Assembly: GCA_964592405.1 (NCBI GenBank)
Contig: CAZQBY010000002.1
Coordinates: 58,353 to 122,352, forward strand
Direction of reading: 5' to 3'
DNA: 64,000 bases
DNA from: an uncultured archaeon
GTDB taxonomy: Archaea; Altiarchaeota; Altiarchaeia; JAFGQM01
Each line of letters starts with the position of its first letter. The first letter of the stretch is position 1. Position numbers and translations under genes: made by a program. Under the pieces are notes generated by a model. The model did no database searches. It saw only the letters and a program-made list of their open reading frames with translations, and was not told where the DNA came from. Below are positions 9,280-18,987 of the stretch, one piece after another.

Positions 9280-10185
9280 ATGATCCTGATTAAGGACAAA
9301 GAGCGCAGTTTGCCCTTTGTGAGGGAGGTGCTGGTCGAGTCACTCACGCGGGCAGGAATGAAGCCATGGCAGGCACACTCATTTGCAAGAGAGATAGAGG
9401 ATGAACTATTGGCAAAGGGGGAGGAGGAAATTGAGCGCGAGGAGTTTGCCGCACTGGTTCATAACAGGCTGAAGGACGTCAATGAGGAGGTAGCAAACAG
9501 GTTCCATGCTTGGAGGAGCATCAAAAAGGGTGAGAGAGACCCGATGATAATACTGTTGGGTGGAGGCACTGGTGTAGGAACTACCACTGTGGGAACTGAA
9601 GTGGCCCACCGAATAGGTATCCGCAACATCATCTCCACTGACTCCATACGTGAGATAATGCGAAAGACTGTCTCTGAGGAGCTACTACCTGTGCTGCACT
9701 CATCTTCGTTCGATGCTCATAAGAGCATGAAGGTTCCAATCTCAAAGGAGAAAGATGCTGTCCTGACAGGCTTTCAGCTACAGGTAACTGAAGTTAGCGT
9801 TGGTATTGAAGCCATCATAGAGCGGGCAATAAAGGAGGGAACACCCACCCTGATAGAAGGACTTCATGTCGTCCCGGGATTCATAAACGAAGGACTGCTG
9901 ACGCGCTATAATGTCATGATGTTCATCCTGCACATAGACAATGAGAAGGAACATAAGAACAGACTTTATACACGTGCCTTTGAGACCAAATTCAAGCGCT
10001 CTGTAGAAGGTTATCTGGAAAATTTCAAAAGCATAAGGGAGATACAAAGGTTCATAAAGAAAAAGGCGGATGAGCATAGAATCCCGGTGATAGAGAACAC
10101 AGATGTAGAGAGAAGTATAGTGGAAATAATAGACCATGTTATTGAAACTATTGTCAAACAGCACAGGAGGGAAGAAGGTGGGTAA
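9280..10185 (+). CDS. pgk2: 2-phosphoglycerate kinase (ATP cone plus kinase domain)
   Basis: N-terminal ATP-cone-like region; ILLGGGTGVGTTT, ISTDSIREIMR and IEGLHVVPG motifs. Confidence 0.8.
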   Translation: MILIKDKERSLPFVREVLVESLTRAGMKPWQAHSFAREIEDELLAKGEEEIEREEFAALVHNRLKDVNEEVANRFHAWRSIKKGERDPMIILLGGGTGVGTTTVGTEVAHRIGIRNIISTDSIREIMRKTVSEELLPVLHSSSFDAHKSMKVPISKEKDAVLTGFQLQVTEVSVGIEAIIERAIKEGTPTLIEGLHVVPGFINEGLLTRYNVMMFILHIDNEKEHKNRLYTRAFETKFKRSVEGYLENFKSIREIQRFIKKKADEHRIPVIENTDVERSIVEIIDHVIETIVKQHRREEGG

Positions 10186-10750
10186 TGTCCTGACAGGAAT
10201 AAAAAAAACCATCATAAGGGGGAAAAAGAGCAATGAGTTAAAGCCGATTCTCTCGGGCGACAGGATTGTAGTCTATGAAGAGAAACTGGCAAACCAGTTA
10301 CTCAATAGGTCTTTTGGTGAGACCAAAAAAAGAGGCCTATACCTGAACATCTACGAGGCCCTTCTCCTTGCCGAGGAGAAGAAGCTGGATGTTTATGATA
10401 AAAGTGGTAAAAAGGTTCCGCTGAAGAAGCTTATGGAGGTAGGTGAATCGCTGAATGAGGGCTTTGCTATGAAGTATGATGTTTTCCGCGATCTCCGACT
10501 TGCACGCGGCTATGTAGTCAAGCCAGGTATAAAGTTTGGTTGTGATTTTGTGGTATATGCACGTGGAAAGAAACCAGGGAGGACGCACTCCAAGTGGATG
10601 GTTCAGGTAATACCTGAGAGTGCCCGTATGGATTATAGCCAGTTGACCGGAGCCGCCCGTCTGGCAACTAATGTAAGGAAGAAACTCCTGCTAGCCACAG
10701 TGACAGAGAGGGGACCTGTTTATTATGAGGTGGGCAGGGCAAAGCTCTGA
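10178..10750 (+). CDS. endA: tRNA splicing endonuclease, catalytic subunit
   Basis: GYVVKPGIKFGCDFVVY...H...NVRK carries the Tyr-His-Lys triad; likely GTG start at 10178. Confidence 0.9.
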   Translation: MGNVLTGIKKTIIRGKKSNELKPILSGDRIVVYEEKLANQLLNRSFGETKKRGLYLNIYEALLLAEEKKLDVYDKSGKKVPLKKLMEVGESLNEGFAMKYDVFRDLRLARGYVVKPGIKFGCDFVVYARGKKPGRTHSKWMVQVIPESARMDYSQLTGAARLATNVRKKLLLATVTERGPVYYEVGRAKL

Positions 10751-10892
10751 GTAGGACAAAGTTGTGAGGAGAGTAAAGCTGTAGGGATGGTGAGCCGTGT
10801 GAGGATGGTGGATAGGCATAACTAATCTCCCTATTGTAGGGATTTGTGCGAAAAGCTTTTTATGAGATGTGTTTCTATTTTTTCCATACCCA

Positions 10893-11120
10893 ATGGATGA
10901 TTTTATGTCTTGCCCAGATGACCTCTATGAAGAGGGCAGGAAGAGGAAAAAGAAGAAGGATGAAATAGAGGAACTCTTTGGAGATGAGGATGACGAAGAG
11001 GAAAAAGAATGCAGGCCCAAGGATGAATTTGATGAACTCTATGAACAGGGGCAGGGCGATCCTGAGGACGTATATGCCAACGAGGATTTTGAAAACTATG
11101 ATGATGGAGTCGCAGACTAG
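10893..11120 (+). CDS. Small, very acidic, disordered protein
   Basis: 75 aa from ATG 10893, Asp/Glu-rich with one RKRKKKK patch. Confidence 0.55.
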   Translation: MDDFMSCPDDLYEEGRKRKKKKDEIEELFGDEDDEEEKECRPKDEFDELYEQGQGDPEDVYANEDFENYDDGVAD

Positions 11121-11410
11121 CGGCGGCGTCTTCTCAATTCTGCAAGAACATCATCCAACTCCACCCCTTTGGCAACGAGCAGTACAAGCAGGTGATAAAT
11201 GAGATCAGAAACCTCCCAGACTAGGGAGTCCCTGCCACTACGAAGAGGACCGCTCCTAGCGGCCTTTTCCACCTCCAAAAGCTCCTCTCTGAGTTTTTCA
11301 AGTATTCTTTCTTCATCCACAATGAGGCTACTGGTATATGAATCGCTCTTGGGATCAGCCTTGCGATCCTGTATGACCTGCCAGAGCTCCTCAATGATGT
11401 CCAAATCCAT
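11117..11410 (-). CDS. hisE: Phosphoribosyl-ATP pyrophosphatase
   Basis: IQDRK...SYTSSL, KLREELLEV, WEVSDLIYHLLVLL and ELRRRR motifs. Confidence 0.88.
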   Translation of the reverse strand: MDLDIIEELWQVIQDRKADPKSDSYTSSLIVDEERILEKLREELLEVEKAARSGPLRSGRDSLVWEVSDLIYHLLVLLVAKGVELDDVLAELRRRRR

Positions 11411-11424
11411 CGCTGATTTAGAAA

Positions 11425-13455
11425 CTACTCGCTTAAAATCTTGGAGATATTACCTTCCTTGACAAACCGCACTACTTTATCCACAAAAGACTCTATTTTC
11501 GGCTCATGACTGACAATTATTGTCTGGCGATTGTTCAACTCATGAAGCACATCCCTGACAGAATCCATCTGATCATTTGAGAACCCGTCTGTTGGCTCAT
11601 CAAGTATAAGGAGGTCCTTGGTCCTTATTTTTTCAATCAGATCATTTATGACCCGGTTGAGGGCAAGCCTATAGGTTAGGGCTATAGCTGTTCTCTCGCC
11701 TCCGGACATAAAGGAGTAATCGGTCTCATAGCCGTTCTGCTCAATTACAACTGAAAAATTGTCATCTATGCGCGCACTCATATTGTCGTCCATTACGAGA
11801 GTGGAAAACCACTTCTGAAAGAGAGAGTTGAACTCATGTTGCACACTAACCATAACATGGCGCTCTATGTTTTCCATCAACTGGACGAAAGAGTCTGTCA
11901 GCCACTCATTGTATCTCATGTAGGATTCCATGAGCCTCTTCTTTTCCAGCTTATCTTTTATTTCCATGTCCAGCGATCTTATCTGCTCCTTCAAGCCAGC
12001 CGTTTTCTGCTTCACGGCCGATTCCCTCATCTGAAGCTCATTCACAATCCTTCTCAGCTCTTCAACTTTGTGTTGTTTCTTTTTGAAATCCTCTGGAGGA
12101 GTTTCATTTTTTATCTCCCGGGCAATGGAGTTTATCCTGTCGGCAAGTTCCCTGCGCCTTTTTTGTATGGATGTAATGTCCTGCATGTATTTTAACCTCT
12201 GGTCATTTAGACCTTTCTCCATCTCCCTCAGGGAATTCCTTTCTCTAAGGCGTGATTCATATCCTTGGACTTCCTCCAGTCGCTGCCGTAGTTTCTCTAG
12301 TTTTTTGCGCAACCCGTCCTGCCTCCTTCTAAGTTCCGCTATCTCAGATTTCTTTGCCTCAATGCCCCTCCTAAAAGACTTTCTATCAGCCACCGGCTGC
12401 TTACAGGTGCCACAAATGCCGGTCTTTAGAATCTCAGAAAGTGAAGCGACCTCTGTTTCGAGGGAGGCAATCTTGGAGATAATCTCCCTTTCACTCTTCT
12501 CTAAGGCAGATATGTCTGAAACTATCTCCTTCGCAGACTTTTCCGGCTTTTTGAGATCCTTGAAAGCTGAAAGTTTTTTGGCCAGCTCCTTCAGCTTGGC
12601 TCCAATGCCCTCCAGTGATTCTTCCAGTCGGGATTTTTGTCCATTCAGGGTCTCAAATTCGGCCTTGAGAGAGGCATACTCTTGTTTCTTCCTGCTGATG
12701 GCATCTGCCTTTTTCTGAAGCAGATCCAGTTCCTTTCTCTTGTCGTCAAGTATAGCCTGCTCCAGCTTTATCTTCTCTTCGAGCTCCCTGAGCACTTTTG
12801 TTTCGGCATTCAACTGGTCCGAAAGCCCCTTCCTCCGGGTCTGTTTTTCATCCAGATCCTGTATCGAACCGTGCAACTCCCTGATTCTGCCCCTCAGTTC
12901 GCGCGCAAACAGCTTGGCATTCTCGGCTATACGCTTGTATCTGTCCATACCAAAAAGCCTGCGTATAAGGTCAAGCCGCTCCTCCCGGTCAGCCTCTATG
13001 ATATGCCGCATCTGCTCCTGTGGGGTATAAACTGTATAGCGATATATAAGGGCACTGTTTTTCTTTAGGGCTTCTGGTGGATAACCCAGCAAGTCCAGCA
13101 CGAATGCGCGCAATTCCTGAGCAGTCATCTCTTTCTTCAGTCCATCAGCAATGATATAGCCGGAAGACTGGACAACTGTGTTCTTTCCCCTTTTGAGGGT
13201 TCTCCTGATAGTGTATTCCCTGCCACCAACCTCAAAGGTCAGCTCCACCGAACCCTGATCGCTTCCATGACGCAGGAGGCTGGCACCCGGCAGATTGGGC
13301 TTCTGTATGCCAAAGAGAGCAAAGTCTATTGCTAGAAGGATAGTACTCTTGCCGCTGCCTATGTCACCAGAGAGCAGCACAGACCCCTCTGGAAACCGTA
13401 TTTCGGCAGAATTATAACTGCGTATGTTCTCAAGCTTCAATCCCCTAAGGATCAT
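11425..13455 (-). CDS. rad50: Rad50 ATPase
   Basis: Walker A GDIGSGKST, coiled coil with CGTC zinc hook, MSGGE signature, LILDEPT Walker B. Confidence 0.95.
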   Translation of the reverse strand: MILRGLKLENIRSYNSAEIRFPEGSVLLSGDIGSGKSTILLAIDFALFGIQKPNLPGASLLRHGSDQGSVELTFEVGGREYTIRRTLKRGKNTVVQSSGYIIADGLKKEMTAQELRAFVLDLLGYPPEALKKNSALIYRYTVYTPQEQMRHIIEADREERLDLIRRLFGMDRYKRIAENAKLFARELRGRIRELHGSIQDLDEKQTRRKGLSDQLNAETKVLRELEEKIKLEQAILDDKRKELDLLQKKADAISRKKQEYASLKAEFETLNGQKSRLEESLEGIGAKLKELAKKLSAFKDLKKPEKSAKEIVSDISALEKSEREIISKIASLETEVASLSEILKTGICGTCKQPVADRKSFRRGIEAKKSEIAELRRRQDGLRKKLEKLRQRLEEVQGYESRLRERNSLREMEKGLNDQRLKYMQDITSIQKRRRELADRINSIAREIKNETPPEDFKKKQHKVEELRRIVNELQMRESAVKQKTAGLKEQIRSLDMEIKDKLEKKRLMESYMRYNEWLTDSFVQLMENIERHVMVSVQHEFNSLFQKWFSTLVMDDNMSARIDDNFSVVIEQNGYETDYSFMSGGERTAIALTYRLALNRVINDLIEKIRTKDLLILDEPTDGFSNDQMDSVRDVLHELNNRQTIIVSHEPKIESFVDKVVRFVKEGNISKILSE

Positions 13456-13509
13456 CTATTATTTAGAAACGGGGAGGGTAAAAGATTAACATTCTGCTTT
13501 TGATTTAGC

Positions 13510-14754
13510 TTAGCTTCCTGCCCTCATCCGGCTGGATCTCTGACTGGATCTGCGGCTGGGTATCTGATCTGGCCTTCGAGATCCCGGCTCACCCTCCCTA
13601 CGCATCCTGAAAAGCGTTATGACAACAATCGCCGCTATCAGTGCCAGCGCAATTACAGATGGCCAGGATCCTACACCCGGGGCAGACTCCCCAGCCGGTG
13701 CAACAGGAGACTCTGATTTGAAGACAACTCCCGCAACCTCCCTTGCTGTCTCTTCCACCTCTTTAGATTCTTGTACCGGCTCTGACTGTCCGGACTCTTT
13801 TGTTGCCTCTGGCTCTCCAGCCGGTTGGCCCTCTGTCCCAGGACTTGCACTCGAGACCGCCCAATCACTATAGTGCCCCCAGTCATGGGCATACCACTCG
13901 TATTCTAGGCCATTGACGCCCGCCTGGTAGGCTGTGTGCAGAACATCAGCTATGGCATTGATTATGTTATTGATGTTTCTTCCAGTGCACTCTATGAACT
14001 GTGGGTCATTCAAATCATAGTTGTTATCCATCCATTCAGCTGAGCAGGAGCCGTCTTTCCTTCCAAGATAGGTGGCCACACCCACCCTCAACACAGCATC
14101 ATAAGGCGATATGATCTCCAGTCTGCCGTCAAATTTTATATAGCTGCCGTATACCTCCTGAAACTCATCCGAGGGATATGTTATATCGGTCAGCCTGAGC
14201 ATATAGGTTTCGTAGTCAATGCCATGCTTTTTGTTGTCCAGAACCCGTGTGAATAAACCAGCATCTGAGATATATGATGCGATGACACCTGCCCATTTGG
14301 ATGCCGTGCCGGTGGCCCCAGATGCCAGAGAGTTGATGAGGAGCTCATATCTTTTCATAGAGCGCTTGGCCAGAGATGCGTCCAGAAGATTTCCTTTTTC
14401 ATCAAACCTTAGATATTGAGCCAATAGGTCATTTATACTCTCGGCATAGCCACTGCTATCAGGGAGTTCTGTGCCATAAAGATATAGTCTCTCACTGACC
14501 CATTCAGCCTCCTCAGGGGCCTGCCTGGCGAGCATTTCCAAGGCGGCCTTAGCAAAATAGTCATGGGTGCCAAACATGTTGGTTCTTTGCCACAACATTG
14601 GGTCATCCACAAATGTGGGCTCCCCCCACAAAGAATTGCCATTGCCCCAAGAAGAAACAGGAGGGATCATAGATAATGCAAAAAGCATGATAAGGGATAT
14701 CACAAAGAACCTGAATCCGGCCCTGGTGGGTGTGATCACAAACCTGGCTTCCAT
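13510..14754 (-). CDS. Secreted, C-terminally membrane-anchored protein with Zn-dependent phospholipase C / S1-P1 nuclease-like fold
   Basis: Signal peptide ending VSS-W; GTHD, ELPD, SYISD and HGIDYE motifs; Pro/Glu-rich linker; transmembrane helix followed by an Arg-rich tail. Confidence 0.65.
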   Translation of the reverse strand: MEARFVITPTRAGFRFFVISLIMLFALSMIPPVSSWGNGNSLWGEPTFVDDPMLWQRTNMFGTHDYFAKAALEMLARQAPEEAEWVSERLYLYGTELPDSSGYAESINDLLAQYLRFDEKGNLLDASLAKRSMKRYELLINSLASGATGTASKWAGVIASYISDAGLFTRVLDNKKHGIDYETYMLRLTDITYPSDEFQEVYGSYIKFDGRLEIISPYDAVLRVGVATYLGRKDGSCSAEWMDNNYDLNDPQFIECTGRNINNIINAIADVLHTAYQAGVNGLEYEWYAHDWGHYSDWAVSSASPGTEGQPAGEPEATKESGQSEPVQESKEVEETAREVAGVVFKSESPVAPAGESAPGVGSWPSVIALALIAAIVVITLFRMRREGEPGSRRPDQIPSRRSSQRSSRMRAGS

Positions 14755-14760
14755 ATATTG

Positions 14761-16035
14761 TTAATCAAAGCTTTTATTTAAATCCCCCCTATCGACGGTC
14801 TTCCCACTGATTATTGCATAGGCCTGAGAGTTTAATCTCTCCTCAAATGCCGAACTGGTTTCCCCTTCTGCCTTTTCAGTGTCAAATGCCGTAATAAAGC
14901 GTTTGATAAGCCATGCCTGCTTCTCATCCTTGGCATATTCCTCTATCAGGCGCCGTTCAAGGTTTTCCACGGTATCATGTGAAACCCTGACTTTTCCATA
15001 TTCTCTTGAGCTAAGCCCGCTGGTATTACGGAGGACAGCATACGCACCGTTCTCGTAGGCCATCTCCATATACCTTCGAAAATCTATATCAGTTGGCCGG
15101 CCTTCCTTAAGCGTGCCAAATACGCGCCAGAGGACTATCTGCCCGCCTTCTGATCCAGTCGCCGAGAGTCCAGAATTCAGGGTCTCTTTCGAACTGCTGG
15201 ATACTATCCTTTCCACACTCTGTGCAAGCTGAGCCTCTACCTCCCCGGGAGTCCTGCCATCAGCATTAATTTCATGGCATAAGATCGGATGAAGCACAAG
15301 TCTAATAAATGTGGGTTTGTTGTTATCTACAATAAAGAATCCGCATCCACTATCCGACAGATCCCACATCTCCCTGAAGTTGCAGGGAAAGATGGGTCCG
15401 GGGAATATCAGCCTCCCTCCATAGAAGTCAGTTTCGCTCCTGCGGTGTATATGTCCGCCGGCATAGTAGTCAAAACCCTTGGGAAGTAGCGACGCTGGTA
15501 TGCCCTCCACACGCTTCATATCCTCTGGTAGATAGTCCCTTATGCCTGAATGGAACATAAATATCTTATAGCCCTCACCCCTGCTTATGGAGCGGTCGAG
15601 TTCCCGATAGTATTGTTCTTCCAGGCCACCCTTCCTGCCAAACATGCCAACAATCATTGCTCCGGATTTGTCTTTGGTTGGATTCAGGACCAGTTTTCCA
15701 TTCTCTTCACTCCCCCTAGCCACATTCGTAATGAGCTCGGCATTCTCAAACACCCTGAGCATGGTTTTGCCTGAAGGGGAATAGTCATGCGAGCCGCAAA
15801 TTGTATAAACAGGAATTCCTGCTCTTTTGAGCAGGCTCAGCTTTTTTGAGACAAATGCCAGTGTATCAAGGGGTGGGACGGAGGTGTCAAACAGGTCGCC
15901 ACTTATGAGAATAAAATCAACATTCCGCTCTATGCAGATATCTACTGCCATCTCGAATGCCCTGAGATTTGCCTTCTGCAACTTTGGATCCCGCCACCCC
16001 CCCAGATGGAGGTCGGCCATGTGTGCAAATATCAT
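14761..16035 (-). CDS. mre11: Mre11 nuclease
   Basis: ADLHLG, GDLFD, GSHD and GGHIH motifs; ATG at 16035. Confidence 0.93.
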   Translation of the reverse strand: MIFAHMADLHLGGWRDPKLQKANLRAFEMAVDICIERNVDFILISGDLFDTSVPPLDTLAFVSKKLSLLKRAGIPVYTICGSHDYSPSGKTMLRVFENAELITNVARGSEENGKLVLNPTKDKSGAMIVGMFGRKGGLEEQYYRELDRSISRGEGYKIFMFHSGIRDYLPEDMKRVEGIPASLLPKGFDYYAGGHIHRRSETDFYGGRLIFPGPIFPCNFREMWDLSDSGCGFFIVDNNKPTFIRLVLHPILCHEINADGRTPGEVEAQLAQSVERIVSSSSKETLNSGLSATGSEGGQIVLWRVFGTLKEGRPTDIDFRRYMEMAYENGAYAVLRNTSGLSSREYGKVRVSHDTVENLERRLIEEYAKDEKQAWLIKRFITAFDTEKAEGETSSAFEERLNSQAYAIISGKTVDRGDLNKSFD

Positions 16036-16070
16036 TGTGACTACACTAAAATTATTCGGACTCACAAAAA

Positions 16071-16673
16071 TTACGGTTTTTCCTCCTCCCAGTCGGTATT
16101 TACATATCTGGTTATGTATTCAATAGGGACCTTGTTTATTGGAACCTGATGTACACTGCCATCCATAGCCCTAACCTCTGGTATGTGCCCGGGTTTCAGG
16201 CGGACCACTTCATAATCGCCGATTATGCCATGCTTCTTTGCCTTTTTGGCAGTCTCCGATATGTCCCTTATATACTCTTCGCTGACATTATTTAACATAC
16301 CTCCCGGGATTATGGTCAACTTTGTTTCGCTAGGCTCCCATATCCCAAGCCTGCTTTTCCCATGCCTTCCCTTAATCGCCCTCAGCATGAACCCCAGAAA
16401 ATCCTCCGGGTGGTGAAGCCGGTTTGTGACATTGACGACGTCTCCGCCCAACAGCCTGCTTATATCCCTCTCTGTGGGAAACTCTCGCATAGCCTTGGCG
16501 GACTGAGTAACCCTGTGACCAACAACTGCTCCCGGTTTTCCCGGCCTGTGAAGTACTATACCGGTGCAGATGCTGATTGGGGTATATATGGCATGGTGTT
16601 TGTTTGAAGCAACCACATAGCCGGACCCCAGCACCATTTTTTTTATCCTAGGCCTTGGAGACTTTGGAGGCAT
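16071..16673 (-). CDS. CheD/CNF1-fold deamidase-like orphan, copy 1
   Basis: YTPISICTGIV...VVGH and KLTIIPGGM align by eye with CheD TLGLGSCVAV...AMAH and AKIAGGASM; ATG 16673 lies 2 nt after the herA stop. Confidence 0.65.
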   Translation of the reverse strand: MPPKSPRPRIKKMVLGSGYVVASNKHHAIYTPISICTGIVLHRPGKPGAVVGHRVTQSAKAMREFPTERDISRLLGGDVVNVTNRLHHPEDFLGFMLRAIKGRHGKSRLGIWEPSETKLTIIPGGMLNNVSEEYIRDISETAKKAKKHGIIGDYEVVRLKPGHIPEVRAMDGSVHQVPINKVPIEYITRYVNTDWEEEKP

Positions 16674-16675
16674 TT

Positions 16676-18214
16676 TTATGAGAATTCCGACAGATCGGTC
16701 TTTGTCTGCCTGACAGACGATTGACATGAACCCGAGATAAAATCCCTATCAAACAGAGGGATGTGGACTGGAATGGCAAACTTTGTAAAGGTGGAGGTTA
16801 TCAGCGCCTCTCCCTTGTCCAGTGAGGCAATATTGCGTCCGTCCTTGCTAAGGTCTTGGGATGCACTCTCGATAATGGCACGCCTCTCCGGCTCCATCTC
16901 AATGCCCAATATTATCTTGGTGTTCATGTTGGCTAGGACCTCGCGCGGTATAAGGGATGGGAGCTGCGTTATCGCGATGAGGCCTATCTTGAACTTTCTA
17001 CCCTCCCGCGCAATGGTAGAGAAGATGTTCGGCCCGGCCTGCAACACGTCCTTCCCAAGGACGCGTGGAGCCTCCTCTATTATTATGGATATCACGGGCT
17101 TTGTGGAGAGCTTGCCATTCTTCTTGTAGTACTTGTACCTGTCCAGCGCCTCTGAGGCGACCATTGAGGATATGAGGAGTTCCAGCTCGCTGGAGAGTGG
17201 GGATGTGTCCACTATTACAGTCTTGCCCATCTCCAGTGCAGAAACCATGTTCTCCAGTGTATTCTCATACTTCTCCTCTGCAAAGACTCCCTCGCACTTG
17301 ACGGTACCGTCCTCCGATGATATGCCCAGTATGTTGAGTTTCCTTATCAGCACGGCAAGCGTTTCCTCCTTGACACCGGTAGCCGGTTCACCACTCAGTA
17401 TATTTGCCACCCACTCCTCCTTGTCCAATTTGTAGTATGTGAACAGCGCATCACGCTGGGCAGGTGAGAGATTGAGAACCCCTTGGAAGAACCACGGCTT
17501 CAGCAGGTGATAGTTTATCCTGAGCGTTTCCGCGCCAGCCGGCGGATTGGTGGAGTAATAGACAATTTTTTCTCCTGCCCTTGGGTGATTCCCCAGCCCC
17601 GCCTCTTTTCCGCCGGGGCCGTTGTAGTACTCATCATGCGGGTCAAGTATCAGCATACCGCAATAGTTCTTGTCAATGGCAGACCAAGACATTATTCTGA
17701 CAAGATTCGACTTGCCACGCCCGGTGGTGGCTGATATGAGGACATGGTGAGAGAGCACCTTCCTACCATCCAGCTCGACTGGTATGCCCATGTCTTTTGA
17801 TCCGGAGCGGATGTTGCCGACATAGAGGGCATTCTCCTCCCTGCCCAGGAAGTCCAGATCAGCCTTGTTTATCCTCCTGACAGGGCTGAAGAAGCTCGGC
17901 AACGTCTTGGGCATGCGCGCAATGCCTGCGTTTATGGACACCAGCCCTTTGACTTCTGCTAGAACATAATTGCGCAAGTCCGCCTCCATAAAGCCTAGAT
18001 CAGAGCCATGGCCCTCCAGTTCCATGCCGGAAAGCAGTTCCAGCGACTTTGGAGGTATCTGTGAGGCATAAAGGAGGTTGTATACCTGCAGAATGGTTTT
18101 TTTGTTGCCGTTCTCTGTCACAAGCAGCTCGCCCAGCTCCAGCTCCTCACCGCTTTTCTGGCGCACTAGAAGCTCGCCAAATTCCCCAGATAGAATCTGC
18201 CCAACTACTTCCAC
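16676..18214 (-). CDS. herA: HerA bipolar helicase
   Basis: N-terminal HAS barrel, [14 protein letters not shown] and [10 protein letters not shown]...ITQLP motifs. Confidence 0.93.
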   Translation of the reverse strand: MEVVGQILSGEFGELLVRQKSGEELELGELLVTENGNKKTILQVYNLLYASQIPPKSLELLSGMELEGHGSDLGFMEADLRNYVLAEVKGLVSINAGIARMPKTLPSFFSPVRRINKADLDFLGREENALYVGNIRSGSKDMGIPVELDGRKVLSHHVLISATTGRGKSNLVRIMSWSAIDKNYCGMLILDPHDEYYNGPGGKEAGLGNHPRAGEKIVYYSTNPPAGAETLRINYHLLKPWFFQGVLNLSPAQRDALFTYYKLDKEEWVANILSGEPATGVKEETLAVLIRKLNILGISSEDGTVKCEGVFAEEKYENTLENMVSALEMGKTVIVDTSPLSSELELLISSMVASEALDRYKYYKKNGKLSTKPVISIIIEEAPRVLGKDVLQAGPNIFSTIAREGRKFKIGLIAITQLPSLIPREVLANMNTKIILGIEMEPERRAIIESASQDLSKDGRNIASLDKGEALITSTFTKFAIPVHIPLFDRDFISGSCQSSVRQTKTDLSEFS

Positions 18215-18247
18215 TTTTGAGTTAATTTGACAAACATGGGAAATAAA

Positions 18248-18964
18248 TCACTGCCTTTCGACTAGTTTGAAGGGTATGTTTTGAAAATTTCTTTTGTAGA
18301 ATTTCTTTTTCCTCGACATCACAGCTTTGGACACCTTGGGGTGCTCGATTACTATCCCAAGTATCTGTTCTGGGCCGAATTTCTCGATTCCCCCCTGCTC
18401 TGGCTTTCCTGAACGTGTCATAGGGGCCATGATATGGAGAGTATATCTGTCACCCCTTATGGACTTGATAGACCTGGCATAAGGCAGATTTGGTGATGCC
18501 CAAGAGCTTGGGATTTTTCTCTCGTAAACCCTGTCAACATTGGGCCACCTTTCGGACCTGAATCCCTCTGAGAGTATAATTTTCAAAACCCCAAAGCTAT
18601 CTATCTTGTATGTTAGTGGGCGGATACCATGCATAACAGGATTCTGGTGCACAACAAAGCGCATTTTGCCCTTTGGGGAGCGGGCCACCCTAAAGTCCAC
18701 AACACCGTTTGGAAGACCAAAACTGAATATGTGCTGGCTTGCACTCCTCGTCTTCAGGTCCTGCATGCGGCGAATCACAGCCTCTTTCAGCCTTTTTGCA
18801 GTTTTCATCGCATGCGTTCTCTCGGAAAATTGCACCCCTGAATCCTCAAAAGCCGAGATTATCTTCTTTAGCGGCGTCCTGCGCGCATCTGTCAGTGTGC
18901 CCTCAAAAATGTGAAACGGCCTAGCCCCCCTAATCCTCTGTCTATGAAATCTTCTTATGGGCAT
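18248..18964 (-). CDS. Orphan basic protein with ADP-ribosyltransferase-like C-terminal domain
   Basis: VMHGI...ILSEGFRS...SWASPNLPYA...YTLHI...PEQILGI follows the ART/Tpt1-like motif order. Confidence 0.55.
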   Translation of the reverse strand: MPIRRFHRQRIRGARPFHIFEGTLTDARRTPLKKIISAFEDSGVQFSERTHAMKTAKRLKEAVIRRMQDLKTRSASQHIFSFGLPNGVVDFRVARSPKGKMRFVVHQNPVMHGIRPLTYKIDSFGVLKIILSEGFRSERWPNVDRVYERKIPSSWASPNLPYARSIKSIRGDRYTLHIMAPMTRSGKPEQGGIEKFGPEQILGIVIEHPKVSKAVMSRKKKFYKRNFQNIPFKLVERQ

Positions 18965-18987
18965 GTGAAAGTTAGAAGGGATAGGTA

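Noticed and set aside
9556-9591. P-loop lacking the Lys (GVGTTT) suggesting a dead kinase
   Set aside because: The GxGT[ST] form is normal in archaeal 2-phosphoglycerate kinases.
10643-10828. His-rich minus-strand peptide (MPIHHPHTAHHP...) as a his attenuator
   Set aside because: It lies downstream of hisE rather than upstream, overlaps endA antisense, and has no attenuator hairpins. Coordinates are approximate.
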